Positions 43,146 through 51,227 of a DNA stretch of 57,631 nucleotides are shown piece by piece. The notes below the pieces were generated by a model. That model saw nothing but the letters and a program-made list of their open reading frames with translations. It was not told the DNA's origin and did no database searches. Every line of letters begins with the position of its first letter. The first letter of the stretch is position 1. The DNA comes from a virus, in the IMG/VR virus record IMGVR_UViG_3300032605_000021; one strand, 5' to 3'. The position numbers were made by a program, and so were the translations under genes.

Positions 43146-43349
43146 ATGAAAGGTACGGTAGTTTGGTTCAATAACGGCAAGGGATTCGGCTTCATCAAAA
43201 GCGAAGACGGGCACGACATTTTCGTGCACTACTCCGCTCTCCAGATGGACGGCTACAAGCAACTCAAGCAGGACCAGCGTGTCGAGTTCGATATTGTCCA
43301 GGGCGCAAAGGGGCAGCAAGCTGACAACGTACGAGTGATTGGAGAATAG
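43146..43349 (+). CDS. csp: Cold-shock protein (CspA family)
   Basis: [32 protein letters not shown]... carries RNP1 (KGFGFI) and RNP2 (IFVHY). 67 aa from the ATG at 43146. Confidence 0.9.
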   Translation: MKGTVVWFNNGKGFGFIKSEDGHDIFVHYSALQMDGYKQLKQDQRVEFDIVQGAKGQQADNVRVIGE

Positions 43350-43351
43350 TC

Positions 43352-43606
43352 ATGGCACCTATTACCCAGAAGCAGGCGCGCGAGTATAAGGCGCGCGTTG
43401 CGAAGTTGGAGAAGTTGATTGATCGTGTTCGCCGTCACTGGCTAGACGAATGGCCGTGCAAGGCGACTGTCATTGGGCGCGTAGACGTTACACCGGTTGC
43501 TTGCGCTCAGATCGAGACTGCCAAGCGGCTGCGCCACGCTGTCACCGTTACCGTCGATGATAAGTCGATTGTGTTCTGGGCTGACCCGCTAAGGGATGAC
43601 GAATGA
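43352..43606 (+). CDS. Hypothetical protein
   Basis: 84-aa ORF with a 4-nt overlap with the HNH gene. Confidence 0.5.
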   Translation: MAPITQKQAREYKARVAKLEKLIDRVRRHWLDEWPCKATVIGRVDVTPVACAQIETAKRLRHAVTVTVDDKSIVFWADPLRDDE

Positions 43607-44220
43607 AGCGTCCCGCCGGCGTCGGTGCTCTCTTCGCCAACAAGGCCAAGAGCGGATTCCTATCGCTGACGGGCAGCCGGTACGATTCCATGCAGACCCG
43701 CATGGAGAAGAAGAAACTCCCGCCGCTGCCGTTTACGAAAGAGGAGTTCCGCGCGCATATTCTGGCAGCCCTGGGCGGGCACGATGATGGAGCGATGCAG
43801 TGCCGTTACTGCCGTGGCTTCTTCACGCTCGGCGACCTGGCGGTAGACCACGCCAAGCCACTCAGCCGGGGTGGATCGATGGGGCTGGATAACTTGGAGT
43901 ACCCCTGCAAGTCCTGCAACGACCGCAAGGGCAGCATGTCGCCGGACGAGTACCTTGCGTTGCTGTCATTTCTGGAGACGATACCGCTGGCGCGCATCGA
44001 CGTGCTGAAACGACTGGAGCAGAGCGTGAAGTTGGCGGCAGGGGCCCGGCGTAACGCGATGCTGCGCGCTGGGAAACTACCACAACGGAAACAGCAACCG
44101 GCGGACGATGCGGCTCATCTATCACCTTCGAGGAATGCCAGAACTGCGGCGGCGAGGGCGTCACCGGCCACGATTGCGGGGAGGATTGCTGCTGCTGCGC
44201 TGACCCCGAGGACAACGTAA
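43603..44220 (+). CDS. HNH endonuclease
   Basis: CRYCRG...LAVDHAKPLSRGGSMGLDNLEYPCKSCNDRKG is the HNH motif. The last ~50 aa (QQPADDAAHLSPSRNARTAAARASP...) look out of frame. Confidence 0.75.
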   Translation: MKRPAGVGALFANKAKSGFLSLTGSRYDSMQTRMEKKKLPPLPFTKEEFRAHILAALGGHDDGAMQCRYCRGFFTLGDLAVDHAKPLSRGGSMGLDNLEYPCKSCNDRKGSMSPDEYLALLSFLETIPLARIDVLKRLEQSVKLAAGARRNAMLRAGKLPQRKQQPADDAAHLSPSRNARTAAARASPATIAGRIAAAALTPRTT

Positions 44221-44348
44221 CCTGCGACATTTGCCACGGCAGCGGTTCTTTCTCAATTTGCCTGTCGTCACCCATCTGGTGCGAAACGCACCCCTTACCG
44301 GGCCGGGAGAAGATACTTCGCTCGACACCCGAGAAGTTCACTTACTGA
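44055..44348 (+). other. Start-less open frame encoding a DnaJ-type zinc-finger domain (-1 frame relative to the HNH gene)
   Basis: Stop-to-stop frame ...TFEECQNCGGEGVTGHDC...CDICHGSGSFSIC...EKFTY*. No ATG, GTG or TTG before the first CxxCxGxG. It fills the otherwise empty gap 44221-44358. Confidence 0.5.
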
Positions 44349-44358
44349 AAGGCAAGCG

Positions 44359-44757
44359 ATGAAAGCGTTGAGCGTTAGAGCGCCGTGGTGGTGGGCAATT
44401 CTTCACGGGAAGCCTATCGAAAATCGGGACTGGTATACCAATGTTCGCGGTCGAGTGTATCTTCATGCTGGCAAGTGGTGGAATCAGCGCGAGGTCGAGA
44501 ACGATTGTAATGATGTCGAGATGATGGCATGCGAAGATGGAATTACATTGCCACCTCCAAACTGGTTTGACATGCGCATGAGCGGAGGATGCCTCATCGG
44601 AACCGTAGAAATTGTGGATTGCGTAAAAAACCACCCCTCAGCTTTCTTCCAAGGTAAATTCGGATTCGTGTTACGGAATCCAATGGCACTTGAGGAGGCG
44701 ATTCCATTCAAGGGAGCGCTCGGATTCTTTGAGGTTCCAGATAGCATTTTGAATTGA
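44359..44757 (+). CDS. ASCH-domain protein
   Basis: MKALSVRAPWWWAILHGKPIENRDW...VYLHAGK matches the ASCH-like phage protein pattern (lSirqPWa.li..G.K.iEnR.w). Confidence 0.55.
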   Translation: MKALSVRAPWWWAILHGKPIENRDWYTNVRGRVYLHAGKWWNQREVENDCNDVEMMACEDGITLPPPNWFDMRMSGGCLIGTVEIVDCVKNHPSAFFQGKFGFVLRNPMALEEAIPFKGALGFFEVPDSILN

Positions 44758-44767
44758 AAGGATAGTC

Positions 44768-45598
44768 ATGGCAACGACCCGCGCAACAAAGGAAACACTC
44801 TACCTCCGCCGCGAATTCACGACGGAGCAGCGCTTGCAGATGGGATCTGATCTCGCTCAAGCTCATAACCGCATGGCCGACATAGAGGACGAAGAGGCCG
44901 TGATGAAGTCGCAGATCAAGGAGCGGAAGTCGGGCGTCGAGTTGACCATCAATTCCCTCTCTCGCAACCTCGCCAACGGATTCACCATGGAGAACATCCC
45001 ATGCGACATTACCTACAATCTGCCCAATGTCGGCGAGGTCACTTACACTGACCCGCAGGGTGTCGTCGTCAAGACCAGGGCCATGACGCTGAGCGAGCGC
45101 CAAGAGGAGTTACCATTTGACGACGCCCTCAACGGTCCGGTAGTCGTGGTCCCGCCCGAGCAATCGGAGGAGAACATCGCCGAGTTCTTTGGCAAGCAGG
45201 ACGAGACGGCGACCGACCAGCCGGAGCCCATCGAGGAAGCGGTAGCACAGGAGCCCGCACTCCCCGAGACGTTTGAATCCGAGGTCCGCGAGTCCATGGG
45301 CGTACCAGAGCCGTTCCCTGCCACGCTCAAGGATCAACTCGCCCAGGCCGAGAACACATCCAGCGACGATGCCATCTGGCAGGCGGCACTCAAGACGCTC
45401 AAGAACCACCCCAAAGTCACGGCGGGCCTGTTCCAGCGCGAGTTGCGGGTCAGTTACGTCCAGGCCGCACACCTGATCGACCGCATGGAAGACGACAAGT
45501 TGATTGATAAGACGGGCACCAGGCTGGCGGCGAAGAAGAAGTCGGGTCCGAAGGAACTGGCGGACGAGCACAAGAAGCAGATTGACGAGGGCTGGTAG
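44768..45598 (+). CDS. Hypothetical protein with C-terminal FtsK-gamma-like winged helix
   Basis: KVTAGLFQRELRVSYVQAAHLIDRMEDDKLI compares with the FtsK gamma consensus S.s.lQR.l.iGY.RAarl.d.mE..GiV. Confidence 0.5.
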   Translation: MATTRATKETLYLRREFTTEQRLQMGSDLAQAHNRMADIEDEEAVMKSQIKERKSGVELTINSLSRNLANGFTMENIPCDITYNLPNVGEVTYTDPQGVVVKTRAMTLSERQEELPFDDALNGPVVVVPPEQSEENIAEFFGKQDETATDQPEPIEEAVAQEPALPETFESEVRESMGVPEPFPATLKDQLAQAENTSSDDAIWQAALKTLKNHPKVTAGLFQRELRVSYVQAAHLIDRMEDDKLIDKTGTRLAAKKKSGPKELADEHKKQIDEGW

Positions 45599-45607
45599 AA
45601 AGAACGC

Positions 45608-46918
45608 ATGACCGATCAACTCAATTACGACGATCCTCTCCCCGCCTCAATCGACGGGGAGCGGACCATCCTCGGGGCCATCCTTCTCGACAACGAGGCG
45701 TTTGCCCAAGCCGAGGAGCACCTCAGGCCGGACGATTTCTCTCACGACAGCCATCGCCGCATCTTTCAGCGCATAGCCGACCTGATGCACGCATTCCGCG
45801 CGGTGGACATTGTTACCCTAGCCAACGAGCTGGACCGCAACAAGGAGCTCGACGCCATCGGTGGCCGGGCCTATCTCTTTTCGCTGACCGAGGGTTTGCC
45901 GCGCCGGCCGGTAATTTCCGACTACATCCGGATTGTCAAGGACAAGTCGCTGCTCCGCAAGGCAATGCTGATCTGCAACAAGGGCTATGCGCGCGCCGCC
46001 GACCAGTTCGAGCCAGGCGAGACGGTCATCACGTCGATCATGCGGGACCTTGAGGACGCCGTTGACAGCAACATGCAGGGCGCTGATCTTGAATCGGTGG
46101 GCCAATGGCTTGACCATAATGACGTCTTTGCGCCGCGCGTTCCGGGGATCAGGACAGGGATTGACGACTACGACGAGATGACGGCGGGCTTGCATCCCGG
46201 GGAGTTGACCATCATAGGCGCGCGAACCTCGATGGGGAAGACCTCTCACGCCTGCACGATAGCCTGGCAGATAGCAACGCGGGGTAAGTCTGTTTCCGTG
46301 TTTCTGAATGAGCAGAGAAAAGCATCTTTTGTCGGTCGAATGCTTTGCGGGTCCGCAACAGTTTCCTTCAAGGCGTACCAGCGCGGGACGTTGGATTGGG
46401 TCGAGAAAGCCTACATCGACGATGCGCTCAAAATCTTCAAGACTCTTCCAATCTTCTGGGATCAACGGAGTTCGATGAGCATTGCCAGTATCCGAGCAAG
46501 ATCAGCGAGACTCAAACGCTCTGGCGAGCTGGACGCAATTGTGATCGACCAGCTATCGGGACTCTCTAACGAGGGATTCTACGAGAAGGGTAAGCGCTTT
46601 GATCTGATCGTCGGAGACAAAGTGCAGGCCCTGAAAGATATGGCGATGGAACTTGACGTTCCGGTTGTGGTGTACAGCCAAGTGACCAGGGCCAGCACGA
46701 AGAACAAAGACTTCAGGCCAACGCTGGCCGACCTGAAAGAGTCGGGAAACATCGAGGATAAGGCGGATAACGTAGACTTTCTCCATCGGCCAAAGTATTA
46801 CGATGGAGCTTCAACGGATGCCGACGAGATCATCCGCGCGAAATGCCGTGACGGAGAAACGGGAATCGTGAAGTGTGAATTTGTACCTGGATGTTGCCTC
46901 TGGAGGAATCGGAAATGA
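45608..46918 (+). CDS. dnaB: Replicative DNA helicase DnaB
   Basis: PASIDGERTILGAILLDNEAF is the DnaB N-terminal domain. LTIIGARTSMGKTSHA is Walker A. VVVYSQVTR and the C-terminal RecA-like motifs are present. Confidence 0.85.
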   Translation: MTDQLNYDDPLPASIDGERTILGAILLDNEAFAQAEEHLRPDDFSHDSHRRIFQRIADLMHAFRAVDIVTLANELDRNKELDAIGGRAYLFSLTEGLPRRPVISDYIRIVKDKSLLRKAMLICNKGYARAADQFEPGETVITSIMRDLEDAVDSNMQGADLESVGQWLDHNDVFAPRVPGIRTGIDDYDEMTAGLHPGELTIIGARTSMGKTSHACTIAWQIATRGKSVSVFLNEQRKASFVGRMLCGSATVSFKAYQRGTLDWVEKAYIDDALKIFKTLPIFWDQRSSMSIASIRARSARLKRSGELDAIVIDQLSGLSNEGFYEKGKRFDLIVGDKVQALKDMAMELDVPVVVYSQVTRASTKNKDFRPTLADLKESGNIEDKADNVDFLHRPKYYDGASTDADEIIRAKCRDGETGIVKCEFVPGCCLWRNRK

Positions 46919-47109
46919 AGTCCGGACGCACAGTTCTCGAATCCCGAATCCACGCCCGAGTTAGCGCGATGCACGACAGCCCCACCAACGAGCCCGGCTG
47001 GATATCGAAAGCCTGCAAGCGCGGCAGGGTTCACACCGGATGCTCGGATTGCTACTCGCTCAAATGCGCTTGCGACTGTCACAGAAAGATCAAGGAGAAA
47101 ACACGATGA
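46915..47109 (+). CDS. Small Cys-rich hypothetical protein
   Basis: ATGA overlap with the dnaB stop. 64 aa containing CSDCYSLKCACDCH. Confidence 0.45.
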   Translation: MKSGRTVLESRIHARVSAMHDSPTNEPGWISKACKRGRVHTGCSDCYSLKCACDCHRKIKEKTR

Positions 47110-47465
47110 CGCATAGCGGCAGAACCTACAGGCAAGCTAGAGCGATAGCATTTCAGCTTATACTGCATCCCACGCACCACGCGATGGTTGTCTATATCCA
47201 CGACGCTACCGCCGATTTAATCAAGAGTTACCTGCGCGAATGGGTGCCGAGCTTTCCGGCACTGGCCGATTGGGAGAAGCGCGTTACATTCCGCAATTTC
47301 AACGAGAAGCCGAAGCTCGAAACGCTGCCGAAGATCACGATTGACGAGTGGCCGGAGGTGCCGAGCATAGCAGAACAGTTTTGGGACGCCAATGAGCGCC
47401 TTCAGCGGCAAGCAGAGATACTCTACGGCGCGGACCCTAAGCTTTTCAAGGAGAAAAAATCATGA
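47106..47465 (+). CDS. Hypothetical protein
   Basis: ATG at 47106 (ATGA coupling, AAGGAGAAA upstream). 119 aa. Confidence 0.5.
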   Translation: MTHSGRTYRQARAIAFQLILHPTHHAMVVYIHDATADLIKSYLREWVPSFPALADWEKRVTFRNFNEKPKLETLPKITIDEWPEVPSIAEQFWDANERLQRQAEILYGADPKLFKEKKS

Positions 47466-47779
47466 GAACATTCAAGCCCCTCGGAGACCGCCTGCTGGTC
47501 CTGCCCGACGCACCAATCGCCAAGAAGACCACAGGGCTGGCTGAGCCGCCCAGCCAAAAGGAAGCGCCTACAGAGGGAATCGTGGTGGCCGTGGGGCCGA
47601 ACATTCGTTGTACCTGCGGACTCACTGATTGTCCTGTAGCCGGAGACTATGCGGTTAAAGTGGGCCAGCGCATCCAGTACACCAAATACGCCGGTCGTGA
47701 CGTGATGCACAACGGCGTCAAACACAAGCTGCTGCGGCTGGAGGAAGTGGAAGGCATCATCGAGGATGACGGCGAATGA
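47462..47779 (+). CDS. groS: GroES/Cpn10-like co-chaperonin with Cys-containing insertion
   Basis: FKPLGDRLLVLPD...KKTTGL...EGIVVAVGP...VKVGQRIQYTKYAGRDV...KLLRLEEVEGII aligns by eye along GroES. Extra RCTCGLTDCPVAG at the roof-hairpin position. Confidence 0.75.
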   Translation: MRTFKPLGDRLLVLPDAPIAKKTTGLAEPPSQKEAPTEGIVVAVGPNIRCTCGLTDCPVAGDYAVKVGQRIQYTKYAGRDVMHNGVKHKLLRLEEVEGIIEDDGE

Positions 47780-48417
47780 TAGGCTACGCATCCAACACAG
47801 GAACGAAACGGAACTTAGCGGCGCTCCTCGCTTCTGGATGGCGCATTATGCTGACTCCAGATAACCCTATCGAGAGAGAAGGGCTAAAGCATTGTATCGA
47901 CAATGGTGCGTGGGGTTGCCACCAGAAGGGTATTCCGTTCCAGCCGGAGCCGTTTGAGCGATTAGTGGATAAGTCGGCTGTTCGCGCGGACTTTATTGTT
48001 CTTCCAGATATTGTCGGTGGTGGCGGAAATAGTCTCGCCCTTTCAATTAGTTGGCTTCCGAGGCTTAGAGGGTATCGCTCACTCTTGCTCCCAGTACAGG
48101 ACGGAATGGACCCAAAGGCTGTACTTGCGATTCTCCGCGCATGGCCGCATCTTGGCATATTTCTCGGGGGGTCTACCGAATACAAGTTATCGACCATGCA
48201 CGATTGGGGCGTTGCGGCGGCGTCCCTTGGTCGCTGGTATCATGTGGCCCGAGTAAATTCCCGTCGGCGCATCAGGATGGCAGCACATTGTGGCGCGACG
48301 AGCTTTGACGGGACCAGCGCAACACGTTTCAGTTGTACACTTCCGCTGCTCGATGCGGCCAGAAGGCAACCAAACCTTTTCGCGCCGCAAGTATATCGCA
48401 AAGGGGGAATCCAATGA
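47776..48417 (+). CDS. TIM-barrel tRNA-guanine-transglycosylase/DpdA-like protein (tentative)
   Basis: 213 aa with the motif order CIDNGAW...VLPDIVGGG...LLPVQDGM...GIFLGGSTEYK...HVARVNS...SFDGTS. From memory this resembles phage DpdA/TGT-like proteins. Unverified. Confidence 0.4.
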   Translation: MIGYASNTGTKRNLAALLASGWRIMLTPDNPIEREGLKHCIDNGAWGCHQKGIPFQPEPFERLVDKSAVRADFIVLPDIVGGGGNSLALSISWLPRLRGYRSLLLPVQDGMDPKAVLAILRAWPHLGIFLGGSTEYKLSTMHDWGVAAASLGRWYHVARVNSRRRIRMAAHCGATSFDGTSATRFSCTLPLLDAARRQPNLFAPQVYRKGGIQ

Positions 48418-48617
48418 CCCCGCCAACGCTCCACATGCACATCTCGGAAGCGTACCTCTGCCCCTGCGGCATCGTCGGTAACTCGTCAACCCGCTGCGCC
48501 TGCGGGAACGAAACGCTGCTCTCGCTGGCCGTGGTGCTCGACCAGGAGCGTAAACCGCCAACCAGCGCGCGGGTACTGGCGCTGATCGACACGCTGGATC
48601 GGGTTCTGGCGGCATAA
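48414..48617 (+). CDS. Small zinc-ribbon-like protein
   Basis: ATG at 48414 (ATGA overlap, AAGGGGGA upstream). MTPPTLHMHISEAYLCPCG...TRCACG. 67 aa. Confidence 0.5.
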   Translation: MTPPTLHMHISEAYLCPCGIVGNSSTRCACGNETLLSLAVVLDQERKPPTSARVLALIDTLDRVLAA

Positions 48618-48636
48618 CCGAAAGGAAGATCGAAGC

Positions 48637-50241
48637 ATGAGCAGGAAAGTCTTATCAGGACCGGAAATCCGCGCGGCACTCTTGCGCGGCGTCAACACGC
48701 TGGCCAACACTGTTACGGCAACCCTCGGACCAAAGGGCCGTTGCATCATCCTCGAACGTAATCCCATGTGGCCGCCAGTCGTTACAAAGGACGGCGTGAC
48801 TGTGAGCAAGGAAGTCCGCGACCTAGCCGACCCCTACGAGAACGCCGGCGCGCAGCTCATCCGTGAGGCAGCCAGCAAGACGAGCGACCAGGCGGGAGAC
48901 GGCACCACCACGGCTACCCTGCTGGCCCAGCGCATCTACCAGAAGGGTCTGGAGTGCCTTGACGCAGGAGCCAACCCTGTCGCCCTCAAGCGCGGCATCG
49001 ACAAAGCCGTAGCTGTCGTGGTCGAGCACATCAAGACTATCGCGCAGCCGGTAGAGGACAACGAGACCATCGCCCGGGTGGGCACCATCTCGTCAAATGG
49101 CGACCGCTCCATAGGCGACCTGATAGCCGACGCCATGCACCGCGTAGGCCGGGACGGGGTTATCACCATATCCGACTCGAACGATGCCGATACCACGCTC
49201 ACCGTGTCCGAGGGAATGCAGATCGACCGCGGCTGGTTCCCGCTGCATCCATTCGTGACCAATCCTGAGCGCCTGGAGACCGTGCTGCACGATGCCTACA
49301 TCCTGCTCACTGAGCGCAAGATGTTCACCATGACCGACGAGCTGTCGAACGTGCTGGCGGAGATTGGCAAGAGCGAGAAAACCGTTCTCTTGATCGTCGG
49401 TGACTACGACCAGCCGTTTATCGTGACGCTCATCCACAACAACCAACTTGGCGTGCTGCGGTCTGTGGTCATCAAGGCGCCGGCATTCGGCGACGACCGG
49501 CGGGCAGCGCTTGAGGATCTGGCCGTCGTGACCGGCGGGTACGCCTTCACCGAGAACTGCGGGCGGGAGTTGGCCAGCATCACGGTTGACGACCTGGGCC
49601 GGGCAAGTCAGATCACGGTCGAGCAGAACAGCACCACCATCGTCGGCGGGTACGGCGACAAGCACGCCAAGGATGTGCGCATGACCATGCTGCGGTCGCT
49701 GATCGAGGCGACTGACAATGACTACCAGCGTGAGTTGCTGCGCAAGCGACTGGCGCGCCTCGCGTCCGGTGTGGCTGTTATCAAGGTTGGAGCCGTCACT
49801 GAGGCGGAGCGGAACGAGCGGAAGGACCGCGTTGACGATGCGGTGTGCGCGACTCGGGCAGCCGTGATGGAGGGAATCGTACCTGGCGGGGGTATGGCGC
49901 TGATCCTGTCGATAGATGCGGTGAGCGTTCTGATGGCTGAGCACAGGGCCACCGATGACGAGGCCGATGGGATGGCGATTATCATGGACGTCCTGCGCGA
50001 GCCCCTACTCCAGATTTGTTCCAATGCGGGCGAGGATGGGACCGAGATACTCAATACCATCGTTCGCGGCGGGCCGGGGATTGGCTACAACGCGGCGACG
50101 GGGGTATTCGAGGATCTGATCCAGGCGGGCGTGATCGATCCTTGCCGGGTAGTTCGGTGCGCTCTCCAGAATGCGGCAAGCGTGGCAGCGCTGATGCTCA
50201 CAACCGAAAGTATGGTTTGCACAATTCCTGACAAAAAGTAG
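48637..50241 (+). CDS. groL: GroEL/Cpn60 chaperonin
   Basis: [23 protein letters not shown]...[11 protein letters not shown]...[12 protein letters not shown]...[13 protein letters not shown]...GIVPGGG...VIDPCRV is collinear with GroEL. It lacks the GGM tail. Confidence 0.9.
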   Translation: MSRKVLSGPEIRAALLRGVNTLANTVTATLGPKGRCIILERNPMWPPVVTKDGVTVSKEVRDLADPYENAGAQLIREAASKTSDQAGDGTTTATLLAQRIYQKGLECLDAGANPVALKRGIDKAVAVVVEHIKTIAQPVEDNETIARVGTISSNGDRSIGDLIADAMHRVGRDGVITISDSNDADTTLTVSEGMQIDRGWFPLHPFVTNPERLETVLHDAYILLTERKMFTMTDELSNVLAEIGKSEKTVLLIVGDYDQPFIVTLIHNNQLGVLRSVVIKAPAFGDDRRAALEDLAVVTGGYAFTENCGRELASITVDDLGRASQITVEQNSTTIVGGYGDKHAKDVRMTMLRSLIEATDNDYQRELLRKRLARLASGVAVIKVGAVTEAERNERKDRVDDAVCATRAAVMEGIVPGGGMALILSIDAVSVLMAEHRATDDEADGMAIIMDVLREPLLQICSNAGEDGTEILNTIVRGGPGIGYNAATGVFEDLIQAGVIDPCRVVRCALQNAASVAALMLTTESMVCTIPDKK

Positions 50242-50245
50242 TAGA

Positions 50246-51025
50246 ATGGGGCTGTCGGGATTGGAAGTCCCGGCAGTCTCTACTCGGGAGGTAGAAACCT
50301 TGACAACCCCATCGAAACCCATCTTACCACTTTGCATCTGTGGTGACCCGTCGTGCAGGATTCCCTACGGATTCTGTCACTGCGAATGTGGAAAACTGAC
50401 TAGAATTGCAGATAAGAATTGCAGCAAGAGGGGAGACGTTAAAGGGTTTCCTCGCCGCTTTCGTGTTGGTCATGGAAGCAGAACAGTGTGCCGACCCGAA
50501 TACGCTGTTCCCTTCAAACTAGATGGGGTTTATTGCCGAGTGATACCCCTCGGAGATGGTCTTGTGGCCATCGTGAATGAGGATGATTACTATGTGCTCG
50601 CATTCTTCAAATGGAGCTACTTTAAATCTCCGCACACAGGTACTTTCTATGCTCATCGAGGTATCAAACTTTCCGACCGACGTAACTCTACGTACTCGAT
50701 GCATCGGCAGGTTATGGGTTTTAAGCGAGGAGATCCTCGCCAGGTAGACCACAAAGACAACTTGGACACCTTGAACAACACAAGAAACAATCTTCGCGAT
50801 GCGACCCATGACCAGAACATGCATAACCGTGGAATGCTCGCAACCAACAAGAGCGGATATAAGGGAGTAAGTTGGAAAGAGAACAATAACTCGTATGTTG
50901 CTCAAATTTCATTTCAAGGAAAGAGGATCCACTTGGGCTACCGAAAGACAGCGAGAGCCGCCCACGAAGAACTGTACGTCCCCGCCGCACTAAAGTACCA
51001 CCGCAAGTTTGCGAGGGTAGCATGA
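50246..51025 (+). CDS. HNH (HNH_3-type) + AP2-domain homing endonuclease
   Basis: VDHKDNLDTLNNTRNNLRDATHDQNMHN is the HNH_3 motif. SGYKGVSWKENNNSYVAQISFQGKRIHLGYRKTARAAH is AP2. AT-richer than the flanks. Paralogue of 53866..54444. Confidence 0.75.
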   Translation: MGLSGLEVPAVSTREVETLTTPSKPILPLCICGDPSCRIPYGFCHCECGKLTRIADKNCSKRGDVKGFPRRFRVGHGSRTVCRPEYAVPFKLDGVYCRVIPLGDGLVAIVNEDDYYVLAFFKWSYFKSPHTGTFYAHRGIKLSDRRNSTYSMHRQVMGFKRGDPRQVDHKDNLDTLNNTRNNLRDATHDQNMHNRGMLATNKSGYKGVSWKENNNSYVAQISFQGKRIHLGYRKTARAAHEELYVPAALKYHRKFARVA

Positions 51026-51092
51026 CCGCCGAGCACCTAGCAAACATCTGGAAGCAAATCGCGCTGATATTGGCGCAGGTGAACAAGAAGAA

Positions 51093-51227
51093 ATGAAAAC
51101 TCCTCGTCGCAAACGCACACCGTACACGCTGGAGTTCAAGCACGACTGCACGCTGTACTTCGCGGCCAGCACCGTGTTCGTCAAAAAGGGGTCCAGGGTT
51201 CGCGTGGTGGAAAGGAAAGGCAAGTGA
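51093..51227 (+). CDS. 44-aa basic micro-ORF (tentative)
   Basis: It starts in AAATGAAAA with the stop of a 24-aa ORF (51022..51096) and ends in a GTGA overlap with the methyltransferase start. Confidence 0.3.
   Translation: MKTPRRKRTPYTLEFKHDCTLYFAASTVFVKKGSRVRVVERKGK

Noticed and set aside
44070-44076. GGGAAAC as a canonical -1 programmed frameshift heptamer joining the HNH gene to the zinc-finger frame
   Set aside because: In the HNH reading frame the codons are GCT-GGG-AAA-CTA, so the heptamer is not in X-XXY-YYZ phase and re-pairing after a -1 slip would be poor. I kept the frameshift or indel question open but not this site.
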